Shown here: in pieces, positions 9,495 to 19,056 of the stretch
How positions within the stretch are numbered: the stretch's first letter is position 1
Layout of the letters: the number at the start of each line of letters is the position of its first letter
From: Mesorhizobium carmichaelinearum
GTDB taxonomy: Bacteria; Pseudomonadota; Alphaproteobacteria; Rhizobiales; Rhizobiaceae
DNA: 64,000 nt
Assembly: GCA_943370265.1 (NCBI GenBank)
Contig: CALRQH020000025.1
Location: 1,038 to 65,037, forward strand
Reading direction: 5' to 3'
Made by a program: the position numbers and the translations under genes
The notes under the pieces: generated by a model
What the model was told of the DNA's origin: nothing
The model's input: only the letters and a program-made list of their open reading frames with translations
Databases searched by the model: none

Positions 9495-10345
9495 CGACGC
9501 ACTCTCAGGAGTTCCGCGATGCCATCGCCCACCAAGCTGAAGCCGAGTCCTGTCAGAACGATCGCGGATCCGGGGAAAACGGAAATCCACCAAGCTGTCG
9601 ACATGAAATTCTTGCCGTCGGCAATTTGCACGCCCCATTCGGAAGCCGGGGGCTGTGCTCCCAGGCCGAGATAGCCGAGGCTGGAGCCCAGCAAAATGGC
9701 GAGTGCCATATCGGTCATCCAGTAGACGATTGCGGGCGTGATGGCGTTTGGCAACAAATGGCGGAAGATGATGCGCATGGGCGTATACCCCATCGCACGG
9801 CCGGCATCCGCATAATCGAGACGCCGCTGCACCTTGATCTCGCCGGCAACAAGCCGGGCGTAGAACACCCAGCCGACAACGCCAATCGCGATATACATAT
9901 TGATAAGGCCTGGCCCGAGCACGGAGACAACGGCGATGACCAGAACGAGGAACGGGAAGGTTACCACCACATCGACGATGCGGCCGAAAATCGCTTCCGA
10001 AATGCCCCCCGCATAGCCGACCAGAGCGCCGACAAAGGTCCCGATGATAAAGGGCGCGATCGTTGCGAAAACGGCGATCTGTAAATCGATCGTGTAGGCA
10101 TGAATGACGCGTGAAAAGACGTCACGGCCGAAACTGTCAGTGCCGAAGAAATGCGCAGCGCTCGGTCCCTGAAGCAGCGCATTATAGTCGAACGCCTCGG
10201 GGGCGTAGGGTGCAAACAAGGACGGGAAGAACGCCAGCACCAGACTGAACGCAAGGATGACGCCGCCGACAATCAATGTCCGGGGCGTAGCGCTGAGCCT
10301 GAACCGCGACTTTGGCACAGCGCTTTCGGTGACGGCTGCGCTCAT
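9491..10345 (-). CDS. Peptide ABC transporter permease (DppC-like)
   Basis: Multi-TM protein with the ABC permease loop DYADAGRAMGYTPMRIIFRHLLPNA. The start at MSAAVTES (10345) gives an ATGA overlap with the upstream permease stop. Confidence 0.85.
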   Translation of the reverse strand: MSAAVTESAVPKSRFRLSATPRTLIVGGVILAFSLVLAFFPSLFAPYAPEAFDYNALLQGPSAAHFFGTDSFGRDVFSRVIHAYTIDLQIAVFATIAPFIIGTFVGALVGYAGGISEAIFGRIVDVVVTFPFLVLVIAVVSVLGPGLINMYIAIGVVGWVFYARLVAGEIKVQRRLDYADAGRAMGYTPMRIIFRHLLPNAITPAIVYWMTDMALAILLGSSLGYLGLGAQPPASEWGVQIADGKNFMSTAWWISVFPGSAIVLTGLGFSLVGDGIAELLRVRR

Positions 10346-11280
10346 CGGGCCACCCTCGGGTCCAGCCACGCCTGGACGATATCGGTCAAAAGGAAGGTCA
10401 GTGAGACGAGGATGGCAAGTGCGATCGTCAGCCCCTGCAGCATGGGATAGTCACGACCGTAGATACTGTCGATCATCAGCCGACCGGCACCGGGAACGGC
10501 AAACACCGTTTCGGTGATGACAGCGCCACCCAGCAGCGTCCCGATCTGCAAGCCGAAGAGTGTGACCATCGAGATCATCGCGTTGCGCAGGACATGCCGG
10601 AACAGGATGACATAAGAACGCAGGCCCTTGGATCGGGCAAAGTCGACATACTCGGCGTTGATGACGCCAATGATCGCGGCGCGAAGATTGCGCATCAGCA
10701 CGGCGGCGAAGCTCAACGCCAGCGTCAGGGCCGGCAGAAATAGATGATAAATCTTGTCGTCAAATGTCTCGCCATAACCGCCGACCGGAAACCATTTCAG
10801 CGTCGCGCCGAAAAGAGTGAGCAGCAAGATGCCGATATAGAAGACGGGCATCGACAGGCCAACCTGGAATGCCCCGCGGATGATCGTGTCGGGCGCGCGC
10901 TCGCGCTTGAGCGCGGCAACAAACGCCAGCGGCACGGCAAGCAGGAGAGCGATCACAGCCGCCATCGCAGTCAGCATCAATGTCACCGGCAGGCGCTGCA
11001 GGATCAACTCCAACACCGGCAGCTTCAGGGTAATCGATGTGCCGAGATCGCCTTGGAAAACGCGGCTCACGAAATAGAGGAACTGGATCGGGATGGGCTT
11101 ATCAATACCCAGTTCGGCGTTGATGCGGGCGACATCCGCATCGAGCCCACGGTCACCAAGCATGGCGCTGGCAGGGTCGCCGGGCAACATCCGGATCAGG
11201 ACAAAAGTCACGATCAGGATGAAGACCACGGTGGGTACCATCTGCAGGATGCGGCGGATTATGTAGCTGAAAAGTGACAA
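10342..11280 (-). CDS. Peptide ABC transporter permease (DppB-like)
   Basis: N-terminus MSLFSYIIRRILQMVPTVVFILIVTFVLIRMLPGDP and loop EYVDFARSKGLRSYVILFRHVLRNAM are typical for DppB/OppB permeases. Confidence 0.9.
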   Translation of the reverse strand: MSLFSYIIRRILQMVPTVVFILIVTFVLIRMLPGDPASAMLGDRGLDADVARINAELGIDKPIPIQFLYFVSRVFQGDLGTSITLKLPVLELILQRLPVTLMLTAMAAVIALLLAVPLAFVAALKRERAPDTIIRGAFQVGLSMPVFYIGILLLTLFGATLKWFPVGGYGETFDDKIYHLFLPALTLALSFAAVLMRNLRAAIIGVINAEYVDFARSKGLRSYVILFRHVLRNAMISMVTLFGLQIGTLLGGAVITETVFAVPGAGRLMIDSIYGRDYPMLQGLTIALAILVSLTFLLTDIVQAWLDPRVAR

Positions 11281-11353
11281 ACCACCTCCTCGATGCCCGG
11301 TGATAAAACGCCGGCGCGGACCGGCAAGAACCCGATCCGCGCCGAACCCGAAA

Positions 11354-12931
11354 TTACTTATCGAGCCAGGCCTTGGAGAAGATGTTGTTGCCTAGCGGGA
11401 TTTGCAGGAAGCCGTGAACCTTCTTGCTCAGCGCCACTGGATAGGGCGTTTCATAGAGCGGTACGACGGGACCGTCGGCATTGAAGATTTCCTGAATGCG
11501 GGCGTATTCTTTCGCGCGCTTGTCCGCATTGATCTCCTTCTGCGAAGCCTCGAACAGCTTGTCCGCTTCCTCGTTTTTCCAGCCCGAGTGCAGCGCATCG
11601 ATCGTCGGAGAGTAGACGAAATAGGACGTGATCTCGCTGGGATCGCCAATGTCGTCCGTCCAGGCGCTCGGGCGCATGGGGAAGACGCCGTCGCGATACT
11701 GCTGGGTCCGGCTTGCATTATCCAGTTGCTGAAGCTCAAGTTTGATGCCGATCTGTCCCCACATCTGCTGCAGGGTTGTGGCAATTCCAATTTCGTCCTG
11801 ATTTCCAGCCAGCACAAGGATGCTGGTCGAGAAGCCGTTTTCGAACCCCGCCTCCTTCATCAGGCCCTTTGCCTTTTCTAGATCATAGGGGAAGAGCGGC
11901 TTGTCGCCGGCATGCAGCGGGGTTGCCGACGACATATACGACGTCAACGGCGTGCCGACACCGTGGGTAACGATCTGGACGACCGCATCCTTGTTGACGG
12001 CGTATTTCATCGCCTCGCGCACCTTCGAATTGGACATCGGATTGTCCTTGCCGGCGAGCTGCGGCCGCACATTCAGTGTAACGCCCATGACGCGCGTCGA
12101 AGGGAAGAGCTGCATGTCGACGGCGTCGTCGGACTTCAGCTCATTGACGCGTGAATAGGGGATGAGCTCGGCTCCATTAAGTTCGCCCGAACTGAGCTTG
12201 AGGATGCGCGTGGCATCGTCGGGGATCACCTCGAAGGTAACACCGTCGAGATACGGAAGCGGCTTGCCGTCTTCGCCCTGGCGCCAGTAGTGGGGGTTGC
12301 GCACCAGCTTCATGGTCGAGCCGCGCTGCCAGGATTCCAGAACGAACGGACCGGAACCAACCGGGTGCTCGGCGAAGGCCTTCGCCTTCTCCGCTTCGGT
12401 TGCGCCTGGCGCAGCCTCGAATGCCTTTTGCGGCAGAATGCCGGTGTTGAACACGCTCAGTGCCGACAGGATGGCCGGGTCGGCGTGCTTCAGCTTGATC
12501 ACAATCGTCTTGCCGTCCGGCGCGGTGACGTCTTCGATCGAGTCGACGATGAAGCCCCAGATGCCATTGCCTGGCTTGGCGGCGCGCTTGAGCGACCAGA
12601 TCACGTCATCGACCGTAATAGGTGAGCCGTCGGAGAACTTGATGCCGTCGCGCAGCTTCAGGCTCAGGCTCAGGCCGTCGTCGGCAACCTTCCACTCGGA
12701 GGCGAGGCCGGGCTGCACGCCCTTGCCGTCGTCGGTAGGCAGAAGCAGCGTGTCGTAGAGGTTTGAGAGAACCCAGATGTCGACATTGCCATCGTTCAGC
12801 ACTGGGTCCAGCAATAGGCTGTCGGCATAACGACCGTAGGTCATCGTGCCTCCCCGCTCGAGGGCAAATGCCGATACGCTGGCGCCCAGAAGAAGCGCTG
12901 CAGCCAGCGCGGTCTTGGCTATTGTCTTCAT
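11354..12931 (-). CDS. Family-5 (DppA/OppA-like) periplasmic substrate-binding protein
   Basis: Signal peptide MKTIAKTALAAALLLGASVSAFA preceded by SD aagggag. Length and internal motifs (LVRNPHYWRQGEDGKPLPYLDGVTFEVIPDDATR) match SBP family 5. The tracked ORF start at 12952 is a TTG, so the ATG at 12931 is preferred. Confidence 0.85.
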   Translation of the reverse strand: MKTIAKTALAAALLLGASVSAFALERGGTMTYGRYADSLLLDPVLNDGNVDIWVLSNLYDTLLLPTDDGKGVQPGLASEWKVADDGLSLSLKLRDGIKFSDGSPITVDDVIWSLKRAAKPGNGIWGFIVDSIEDVTAPDGKTIVIKLKHADPAILSALSVFNTGILPQKAFEAAPGATEAEKAKAFAEHPVGSGPFVLESWQRGSTMKLVRNPHYWRQGEDGKPLPYLDGVTFEVIPDDATRILKLSSGELNGAELIPYSRVNELKSDDAVDMQLFPSTRVMGVTLNVRPQLAGKDNPMSNSKVREAMKYAVNKDAVVQIVTHGVGTPLTSYMSSATPLHAGDKPLFPYDLEKAKGLMKEAGFENGFSTSILVLAGNQDEIGIATTLQQMWGQIGIKLELQQLDNASRTQQYRDGVFPMRPSAWTDDIGDPSEITSYFVYSPTIDALHSGWKNEEADKLFEASQKEINADKRAKEYARIQEIFNADGPVVPLYETPYPVALSKKVHGFLQIPLGNNIFSKAWLDK

Positions 12932-12954
12932 CGTACTCCCTTTCCGTGACAACT

Positions 12955-12972
12955 GTTATTGTTGACCATAAC
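12955..12972. promoter_or_regulatory. Candidate GntR operator, box 1 (GTTAT-N8-ATAAC)
   Basis: gttat-tgttgacc-ataac lies 24 nt upstream of the SBP start. The extended context caactGTTATtgttgaccATAACgatt is the inverted copy of box 2. Confidence 0.45.
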
Positions 12973-13085
12973 GATTTCACAAGCTTTCAGAAGTGTCAAC
13001 AGCTTTGTCGAGGCATAGAACCCAGCATTTTCTATAGGTCGAACGTAGCCGATTGACAAATGGTGAGGAGAAGGGCAGGATAATC

Positions 13086-13103
13086 GTTATATTGAACCAT
13101 AAC
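13086..13103. promoter_or_regulatory. Candidate GntR operator, box 2 (GTTAT-N8-ATAAC)
   Basis: gttat-attgaacc-ataac lies 20 nt upstream of the GntR ATG. Its flanks aatc...agttg are the reverse complement of the box 1 flanks. Confidence 0.45.
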
Positions 13104-13122
13104 AGTTGGATCGACCGCGTCT

Positions 13123-14136
13123 ATGGAGTTCTTCATCGATCGCGAGCTGCCAGTGCCCTTGCGCACGCAGCTTCATGGCCTCATCGAATACGGCATCGCT
13201 TGCGGAGAATTGCCCATTGGCGAGATGCTGCCTTCGGTGCGCGAACTCGCGGAGAGGGTCGGGGTGGCGCCTGTGACGGTAAGCCAGGTCTATGCGGACC
13301 TGAAAGCTGCCGGCTTGATCGATACGCGGCCGGGCTCCGGCTCCTTCGTGATCGACAGCCAGCAGGCCCGCCTCGCCGGCCGGCCAGACACGAGCAGCCT
13401 GCACAGCCTCGTCGATCAGCTCATCGAGGAAAGCCGCGCGCGCGGGATCGGCCCGGCCGAACTGGTGTCCCTGGTCAGCTCCAGGGTGTTTCATCGAGAC
13501 CGGATCAGGCCCCGTTTTCGTATCGCGATGGTCGGGCTCTTTGAGGACGCAACCGCAAGCTACGCCGGGTTCATTTCCAGCCGGCTTGGCCGCGGCGTGA
13601 CCGTCGAGCCCGTCACCATCGCCGCGTTGGAGCGCGACCCCGCCGCCAAGGCGCGGACGAATTCGGCTGACCTTGCGGTGACCTTCGCCAACCGCCATCG
13701 CGAGGTCGCTACGCTCGTTACCGACACCAAGGTGGTTGTGATCAGCTTCACGCCGTCGGAAGAAACCCGCATGGCGCTTGCCTCGCTGGACTCGCTCGCC
13801 TCCATCGCCGTGGTGTCGCGCTTCCCCGACTTTTTGTCGATCATGAAAAACGGCGTGCAGCGCTTCGCCCCGCATGTGAACGAGATCGTCGCCACGCAGC
13901 TGGAAACGCCCGACCTCGGCGCGATCATCGCCGGCGCTAGTGTGGTGGTCTACTCCTCCGGCGCGGAGGGAGTCATCGCCCACCTGCAGCCGGGTGTCCA
14001 ATCGCTTGAATACCGCCACGCACCGGACACGGCCGACATCGAACGGGTCATCGTTCCGATCATCCGCGCGGCGGGCGGCAAGCCGCAGCCCACAAGCAGC
14101 CTGCCACGCAAGCGGCGGACTTCTACCAACACATAG
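13123..14136 (+). CDS. GntR-family transcriptional regulator with a large C-terminal ligand-binding-type domain
   Basis: N-terminal winged HTH: LPIGEMLPSVRELAERVGVAPVTVSQVYADLKAAGLIDTRPGSGSFV. About 250 aa of C-terminal domain follow. Divergent from the ABC operon. Confidence 0.85.
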   Translation: MEFFIDRELPVPLRTQLHGLIEYGIACGELPIGEMLPSVRELAERVGVAPVTVSQVYADLKAAGLIDTRPGSGSFVIDSQQARLAGRPDTSSLHSLVDQLIEESRARGIGPAELVSLVSSRVFHRDRIRPRFRIAMVGLFEDATASYAGFISSRLGRGVTVEPVTIAALERDPAAKARTNSADLAVTFANRHREVATLVTDTKVVVISFTPSEETRMALASLDSLASIAVVSRFPDFLSIMKNGVQRFAPHVNEIVATQLETPDLGAIIAGASVVVYSSGAEGVIAHLQPGVQSLEYRHAPDTADIERVIVPIIRAAGGKPQPTSSLPRKRRTSTNT

Positions 14137-14161
14137 ACCGACAATCGGGAAAGGGAATATC

Positions 14162-14863
14162 GTGAGGGTTTCTGAAACGAACTGGCTGCAGATCGAGGCG
14201 TATCTGAGGGCGGATGATCGGGCGATCCTGCCGCTCGGCAGCACCGAGCAGCACGCGCAACTGTCGCTGTCTGTGGACTCGATCCTGGCGGAAAAGATAG
14301 CCGCGGATGCCGCCGAACCGCTTGGCATTCCGGTCTTCCCGGTAGTTGCCTACGGCATCACTCCCTATTTCCTCGCGTATCCCGGCACGATCAGCCTGCG
14401 CCTGGAAACCTATGTGCGGCTCGTGCGCGACATTCTCGATGGCCTGAAGAAACAGGGTTTTCGCCGCATCCTGATCGTCAACGGCCATGGCGGCAACCAG
14501 CCGGCGGCCAGTCTGGCCGTCGAATGGATGGCCGACAATCCCGGCACCGCGGTCAAGTTCCACAATTGGTGGAACGCACCGCAGACCCACGCCAAGGTGC
14601 AGGAAATCGACACCGTCGCCTCGCATGCGTCCTGGATGGAGAACTTCCCCTGGACGCGTCTTCCCGGCATCGCGCTGCCCACTCAACGCAAGCCGATGAT
14701 CGACCTTGCGCGCATGCGGGTAATGGACCCGGACGCGGTGCGCGCCTATCTCGGCGACGGCAATTTTGGCGGACTTTACGAACGGCCAGACGAAGAGATG
14801 CACGCCATCTGGGAAGTCGCGGTCAAGGAAACCCGCGCGCTCCTCGAAGGAGATTGGGCATGA
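14162..14863 (+). CDS. Creatininase-family amidohydrolase
   Basis: RVSETNWLQIEAYLRADDRAILPLGSTEQHA...LIVNGHGGN... matches the creatinine amidohydrolase/MftE-type fold signature. GTG start at 14162 after aaggga. The tracked ORF starts earlier but overlaps the GntR gene. Confidence 0.75.
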   Translation: MRVSETNWLQIEAYLRADDRAILPLGSTEQHAQLSLSVDSILAEKIAADAAEPLGIPVFPVVAYGITPYFLAYPGTISLRLETYVRLVRDILDGLKKQGFRRILIVNGHGGNQPAASLAVEWMADNPGTAVKFHNWWNAPQTHAKVQEIDTVASHASWMENFPWTRLPGIALPTQRKPMIDLARMRVMDPDAVRAYLGDGNFGGLYERPDEEMHAIWEVAVKETRALLEGDWA

Positions 14864-15879
14864 GCGGTCCAATCGTCATCTGGGGCGCTGGCGCGATCGG
14901 CGGCACCCTCGGCGCGGCCTTCATCCGGGCCGGCCATGAGGTGATTTTCGTCGACAATGCTGCCAACCACGTCGCGGCCATCAACGCTAACGGCCTGCGG
15001 ATCGACGGACCGATCTTTCAGGACACCGTTAAGGCCAAGGCCTTCCTTCCACAGGAGCTCGAAGGTACTTTCGAGCGCGTGTTCCTGTGCGTGAAGGCAC
15101 ATCATACCGAGGCCGCCAGCCGAGAACTCGTCAAGCACCTTGCGCCCAACGGCTATGTCGTCTCGGCGCAAAACGGCCTCAACGAACGCGTCATCGCATC
15201 TATCGCTGGTGAAAGCCGGGTTATCGGATGCTTCGTGAATTTCGGCGCCGACTATCTGGAGCCGGGCGTCGTGCACTATAGCGGCCATGGCGCTGTCGTG
15301 GTGGGCGAGTTGGACGGCAGGAGAACCGACCGTATCAACGACATCTTCGCTCTGCTACACGCTTTCGAGCCCAAGGCGGTTTTGACGGACAATATCTGGG
15401 GCTATCTCTGGGGCAAGCTCATCTACGGCGCCTTGCTCTTCGGCACTGCGCTGACGAATGACAGCATTGCCGATGTGCTGGCCAACCCGGGCTATCGACC
15501 GGTTCTGGCCAAGCTTGCACGGGAAGTCGGCAAAGTCGCCAGCGCCAGAAAGGTGGTGCCGCAACCTTTTGACGGCTTCGATCCGACCGCCTTCGCGCCG
15601 ACGGCAAGCGCCGCCGACGCCGTTCGTTCCTTCGACGAGATGGTTGCGCATAATCGCAAATCGACCAAATCGCATTCGGGCATCTGGCGCGATCTCGCTA
15701 TCCGCAAGCGCAAGACTGAGGTCGACGCGCAAATCCTGCCGGTGGTCGAGATCGGCGGCTCGGTTGGCGTGCCGACACCGCTCACCGCCAAGGTGGTTTC
15801 CATGATCCACGAAATCGAGGAAGGCAAACGTCCGCTCAGCCTCGCCAATCTCGACGAGCTCGCGAGGGTCGCAGCATGA
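14860..15879 (+). CDS. Ketopantoate reductase (ApbA/PanE) family oxidoreductase
   Basis: MSGPIVIWGAGAIGGTLGAAFIRAGHEVIFVD is a Rossmann N-terminus, and the length is about 340 aa. ATGA overlap with the upstream stop. Confidence 0.75.
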   Translation: MSGPIVIWGAGAIGGTLGAAFIRAGHEVIFVDNAANHVAAINANGLRIDGPIFQDTVKAKAFLPQELEGTFERVFLCVKAHHTEAASRELVKHLAPNGYVVSAQNGLNERVIASIAGESRVIGCFVNFGADYLEPGVVHYSGHGAVVVGELDGRRTDRINDIFALLHAFEPKAVLTDNIWGYLWGKLIYGALLFGTALTNDSIADVLANPGYRPVLAKLAREVGKVASARKVVPQPFDGFDPTAFAPTASAADAVRSFDEMVAHNRKSTKSHSGIWRDLAIRKRKTEVDAQILPVVEIGGSVGVPTPLTAKVVSMIHEIEEGKRPLSLANLDELARVAA

Positions 15880-16634
15880 AGATCGACTTCGATGGCAAGA
15901 CTGTCATCGTCACCGGAGCGGCGCATGGTTTTGGCCGCACGATCGCACACGGGTTCGCAAGCCGAGGTGCTGCCGTTCACATCTGCGACGTCAACGAGGC
16001 TGGCCTGAAAGAAACCGTCGCGCTCTGCGACGCCAAGGCCCAGGCGCATTTGCTGGATGTCGGTGACCGCACAGCCGTGCAAAGGACCGTCGCGGTCATT
16101 GAGGCGAACGCAGGCGCGATCGATATTCTCGTCAACAATGCCGGCGGTGTTCGCGGTCAAGTCGGGCGACCGATCGAAGAGATTTCCGAGATGGATTGGC
16201 AGACGATCTTCGACGTCAATCTCTCCGGCGCCTTCTTCATGACGCAGGCCGTCGCTTCTTCGATGAAGCGGCGCAAATTCGGCCGCATCATCAATATCTC
16301 CAGCGGGGCAGGTCTTGGCATTTCACTGACCGGTATCCAAGCCTATACCAGCGCCAAAGCGGGCCAGATCGGCCTCACGCGGCAGCTCGCGCATGAACTC
16401 GGCCCTTGGAACATCACCGTCAACAATGTCGCGCCCGGTTTCGTGCGGTCCAATCCGTCGACCGAAAGACAATGGGAAGCGATGGGCGAGGAAGGCCAGG
16501 CCAAGCTTCTTCAAAACATCGCGCTAAAGCGGCTCGGCCTGCCGGAAGATATTGCCGCCATGGTGATGTTTTTCGCCTCCGACCATGCGGGCTGGGTCTC
16601 GGGTCAGGTCATCAGCGTGGATGGCGGCAAATGA
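15876..16634 (+). CDS. Short-chain dehydrogenase/reductase (FabG-like)
   Basis: TGAAHGFGR cofactor motif, NNAG, and the catalytic YTSAK region (S...YxxxK). Confidence 0.85.
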   Translation: MKIDFDGKTVIVTGAAHGFGRTIAHGFASRGAAVHICDVNEAGLKETVALCDAKAQAHLLDVGDRTAVQRTVAVIEANAGAIDILVNNAGGVRGQVGRPIEEISEMDWQTIFDVNLSGAFFMTQAVASSMKRRKFGRIINISSGAGLGISLTGIQAYTSAKAGQIGLTRQLAHELGPWNITVNNVAPGFVRSNPSTERQWEAMGEEGQAKLLQNIALKRLGLPEDIAAMVMFFASDHAGWVSGQVISVDGGK

Positions 16635-18001
16635 GCGAAGTTCAGACCTATCTGGACGCCCATTTCGCTGAAGCGCTGGAAGACCTCAAAGCCTTCTGCC
16701 GCATTCCGAGTGTCAGCACCGATCCAGCCTATGCCGAGGGCATCGCCGCCGCCGCCAATTTCGTCGCACAGCGGCTGAAGCGTGCCGGTTTCGCTTCCGT
16801 CGATTTGCTGGACACCGGCGGCCACCCTGCAGTGTACGGTGAGATAGTCAGCAACCCCAAGCTTCCGACGGTACTCGTCTATGGTCATTATGACGTGCAG
16901 CCACCAGACCCGCTGAAGAAGTGGACGACGCCCCCGTTCGACCCGGATGAGCGTGACGGCAGGCTCTATGCGCGCGGTGTCTCGGACGACAAGGGCCCGC
17001 TGCTGATCCCCATCCTCGTGGCCGAGGCCTATTTGAAAGCCACGGGGCGCCTGCCGGTGAACCTAAAGGTTCTGATCGAAGGCGAGGAGGAAACCGGCAG
17101 CCCGCATTTCGAAGCCACCTTGCAAAAATACCAGGCGCTGCTGGCCTGTGACTTGGTCATTTCCGCCGATGGGGCCATGTGGCGACCGGACCGACCGTCA
17201 ATGACGGTCGCCAGTCGTGGCCTGGCCGCCTTGGAGGTTGCTGTTAGTGGCGGCTCGAAGGATCTGCATTCTGGCCGTCATGGCGGCAGCGCCCCCAATG
17301 CTATTGGCGCGCTGGCGTCACTTCTTGCCTCGTTGCATGGCGCGGATGGCCGCGTGGCGGTCGATGGGTTCCTTGACGGCACCACTCCGCCGGACCCGAC
17401 GATCATATCCGCCATCGAAGCCGCCGATTTCGACGCCGAAGCCTATTATCGAGAGATCGGTTCACCCAAGCCCGACCCGATCACGGACGGCCGGGCGTTG
17501 CTGATCCGCCAATGGCTGGAGCCGACGCTGGAATTCAACGGGATTTCCGGTGGTTACCAAGGCAGCGGCAGCAAGACCGTTATACCAGCCTCGGCAAGCG
17601 CCAAGATCACCTGCCGCCTTGTTGCCGGGCAGAAGCCGGACCATATCGTTGCGGTGGTGAGGCGGCATCTCGAAGCCCGCCTGCCAGCCGGTTTCGCTCT
17701 GGATGTCCATCGGCACGGCCCCGGCAGCGAAGCCTTCTTCGTCAATCCCGATCTGCCGGTGCTGAAGGTGGCCGAGGGCGTGCTGGCTGAATTGCTCGGC
17801 CGTCATCCGCTGCGGGTCGCGATGGGCGCGACGATCCCAATTGGAACCGCCTTCCGCAAGCATCTCGAAAGGGAAACGATCTTCTTCTCGTTCTCCACCT
17901 CCGACGAGGATTATCACGCGCCGAACGAGTTCTTCCGGCTGGGGAATTTCCGAACCGGCCTCACTGCCTGGGCACTGCTGCTGCGGCGGCTCGCAGCCTA
18001 G
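16631..18001 (+). CDS. M20-family metallopeptidase/dipeptidase
   Basis: MSEVQTYLDAHFAEALEDLKAFCRIPSVSTDP..., VLVYGHYDVQP, ARGVSDDKGP and IEGEEETGS are M20 (ArgE/DapE/ACY1/CPG2) signatures. ATGA overlap with the upstream stop. Confidence 0.85.
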   Translation: MSEVQTYLDAHFAEALEDLKAFCRIPSVSTDPAYAEGIAAAANFVAQRLKRAGFASVDLLDTGGHPAVYGEIVSNPKLPTVLVYGHYDVQPPDPLKKWTTPPFDPDERDGRLYARGVSDDKGPLLIPILVAEAYLKATGRLPVNLKVLIEGEEETGSPHFEATLQKYQALLACDLVISADGAMWRPDRPSMTVASRGLAALEVAVSGGSKDLHSGRHGGSAPNAIGALASLLASLHGADGRVAVDGFLDGTTPPDPTIISAIEAADFDAEAYYREIGSPKPDPITDGRALLIRQWLEPTLEFNGISGGYQGSGSKTVIPASASAKITCRLVAGQKPDHIVAVVRRHLEARLPAGFALDVHRHGPGSEAFFVNPDLPVLKVAEGVLAELLGRHPLRVAMGATIPIGTAFRKHLERETIFFSFSTSDEDYHAPNEFFRLGNFRTGLTAWALLLRRLAA

Positions 18002-18081
18002 AGCTTGTCGTCACCCATTGTGCCGCAAGGCGAAAAATTCAGCCCCACTCAGCTTGGACGCGCTTTTGAAAAGGACCATGG

Positions 18082-19017
18082 ATGATGAACACATTGCCGG
18101 CTTTGCATACAGGACAACCTCGCGTCGAGTTCGGTCGTGTCAGCCCAATTGCGGAACTCGATATTCCCTTCGCTATCATCGAGGGTTCGCAGCCAGGCCC
18201 CTGCCTGGTTGTCACCGCCGGCGTTCATGGTTCCGAGTTCTGTGCGATCGAGGCCGCAGTGCGGTTGATGCGAACAAGCCCCCAAGAGATCAAAGGAACG
18301 CTACTGATCCTGCCGATCCTCAATGTGCAAGGTTTCCACAAACGCAGCATCTATGTCATGCCGCAGGACGAAAGGAACCTGAACCGCATGTTTCCGGGCA
18401 AGCCCGATGGAACGGTGAGCGAGCGGCTGGCAAACTGGCTGGTGACGAACGTCTATCCGTTGGCGGATACCTATATTGATCTTCATGGCGGTGACCTCGA
18501 TGAAGCGCTCGCGCCGTTCACCATTTTTCCGGCCGGTTGCGAAAAGTCCCGGGCGCTTGCGGCTGTCTTCGGCATTCCGGTGGCGGTGGCGACTGGCAGA
18601 GCCGGCAATACGATCGACGCCGCTTACAAGGTTGGCGTGCCAAGCATCCTGCCGGAAGTGGGCGGCAACGGCCTGTGGGGCGAAGCGACCGTAACCCGAA
18701 TGACCGACGGTATTCGCCGGGTGATGCGCCACATCGGGATGGTTTGCGATGCCCCCGAAACGGTATCGCAGGAACCGTTCAATGTCGTGACAATGTGGGT
18801 TCCGACGGCTCCCCGCACAGGATTGTGGTATGCGCGCAAAGAGCTTACCGAGCCCGTCGCCAAAGGCGAACCTCTCGGCGAGATCCGCAATGTCTTCGGC
18901 GAGGTTCTGGCCAGCGTGCACTCTGAAAAGGATGGCTTCATCCTCTACCGATTGACCAGCCTGTCGGTCAACGAGGGCGAAGCCTTGCTTGGGGTGGGAA
19001 CGCCGGTTGCCAGTTAA
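18082..19017 (+). CDS. Succinylglutamate desuccinylase/aspartoacylase (AstE/AspA) family zinc deacylase
   Basis: GVHGSEF (zinc His/Glu), LPILNVQGF, RNLNRMFPG and DLHGG are typical for this M14-like family. Confidence 0.8.
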   Translation: MMNTLPALHTGQPRVEFGRVSPIAELDIPFAIIEGSQPGPCLVVTAGVHGSEFCAIEAAVRLMRTSPQEIKGTLLILPILNVQGFHKRSIYVMPQDERNLNRMFPGKPDGTVSERLANWLVTNVYPLADTYIDLHGGDLDEALAPFTIFPAGCEKSRALAAVFGIPVAVATGRAGNTIDAAYKVGVPSILPEVGGNGLWGEATVTRMTDGIRRVMRHIGMVCDAPETVSQEPFNVVTMWVPTAPRTGLWYARKELTEPVAKGEPLGEIRNVFGEVLASVHSEKDGFILYRLTSLSVNEGEALLGVGTPVAS

Positions 19018-19056
19018 GCCGCGCGCCACTGCAATGGACATTACGGAGTAGGCTGC

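Noticed and set aside
13087-14328. 413-aa minus-strand ORF covering the GntR gene.
   Set aside because: It is a high-GC antisense shadow. The plus frame carries an unmistakable GntR wHTH, and the minus frame is Arg/Ala/Gly-rich with no motif.
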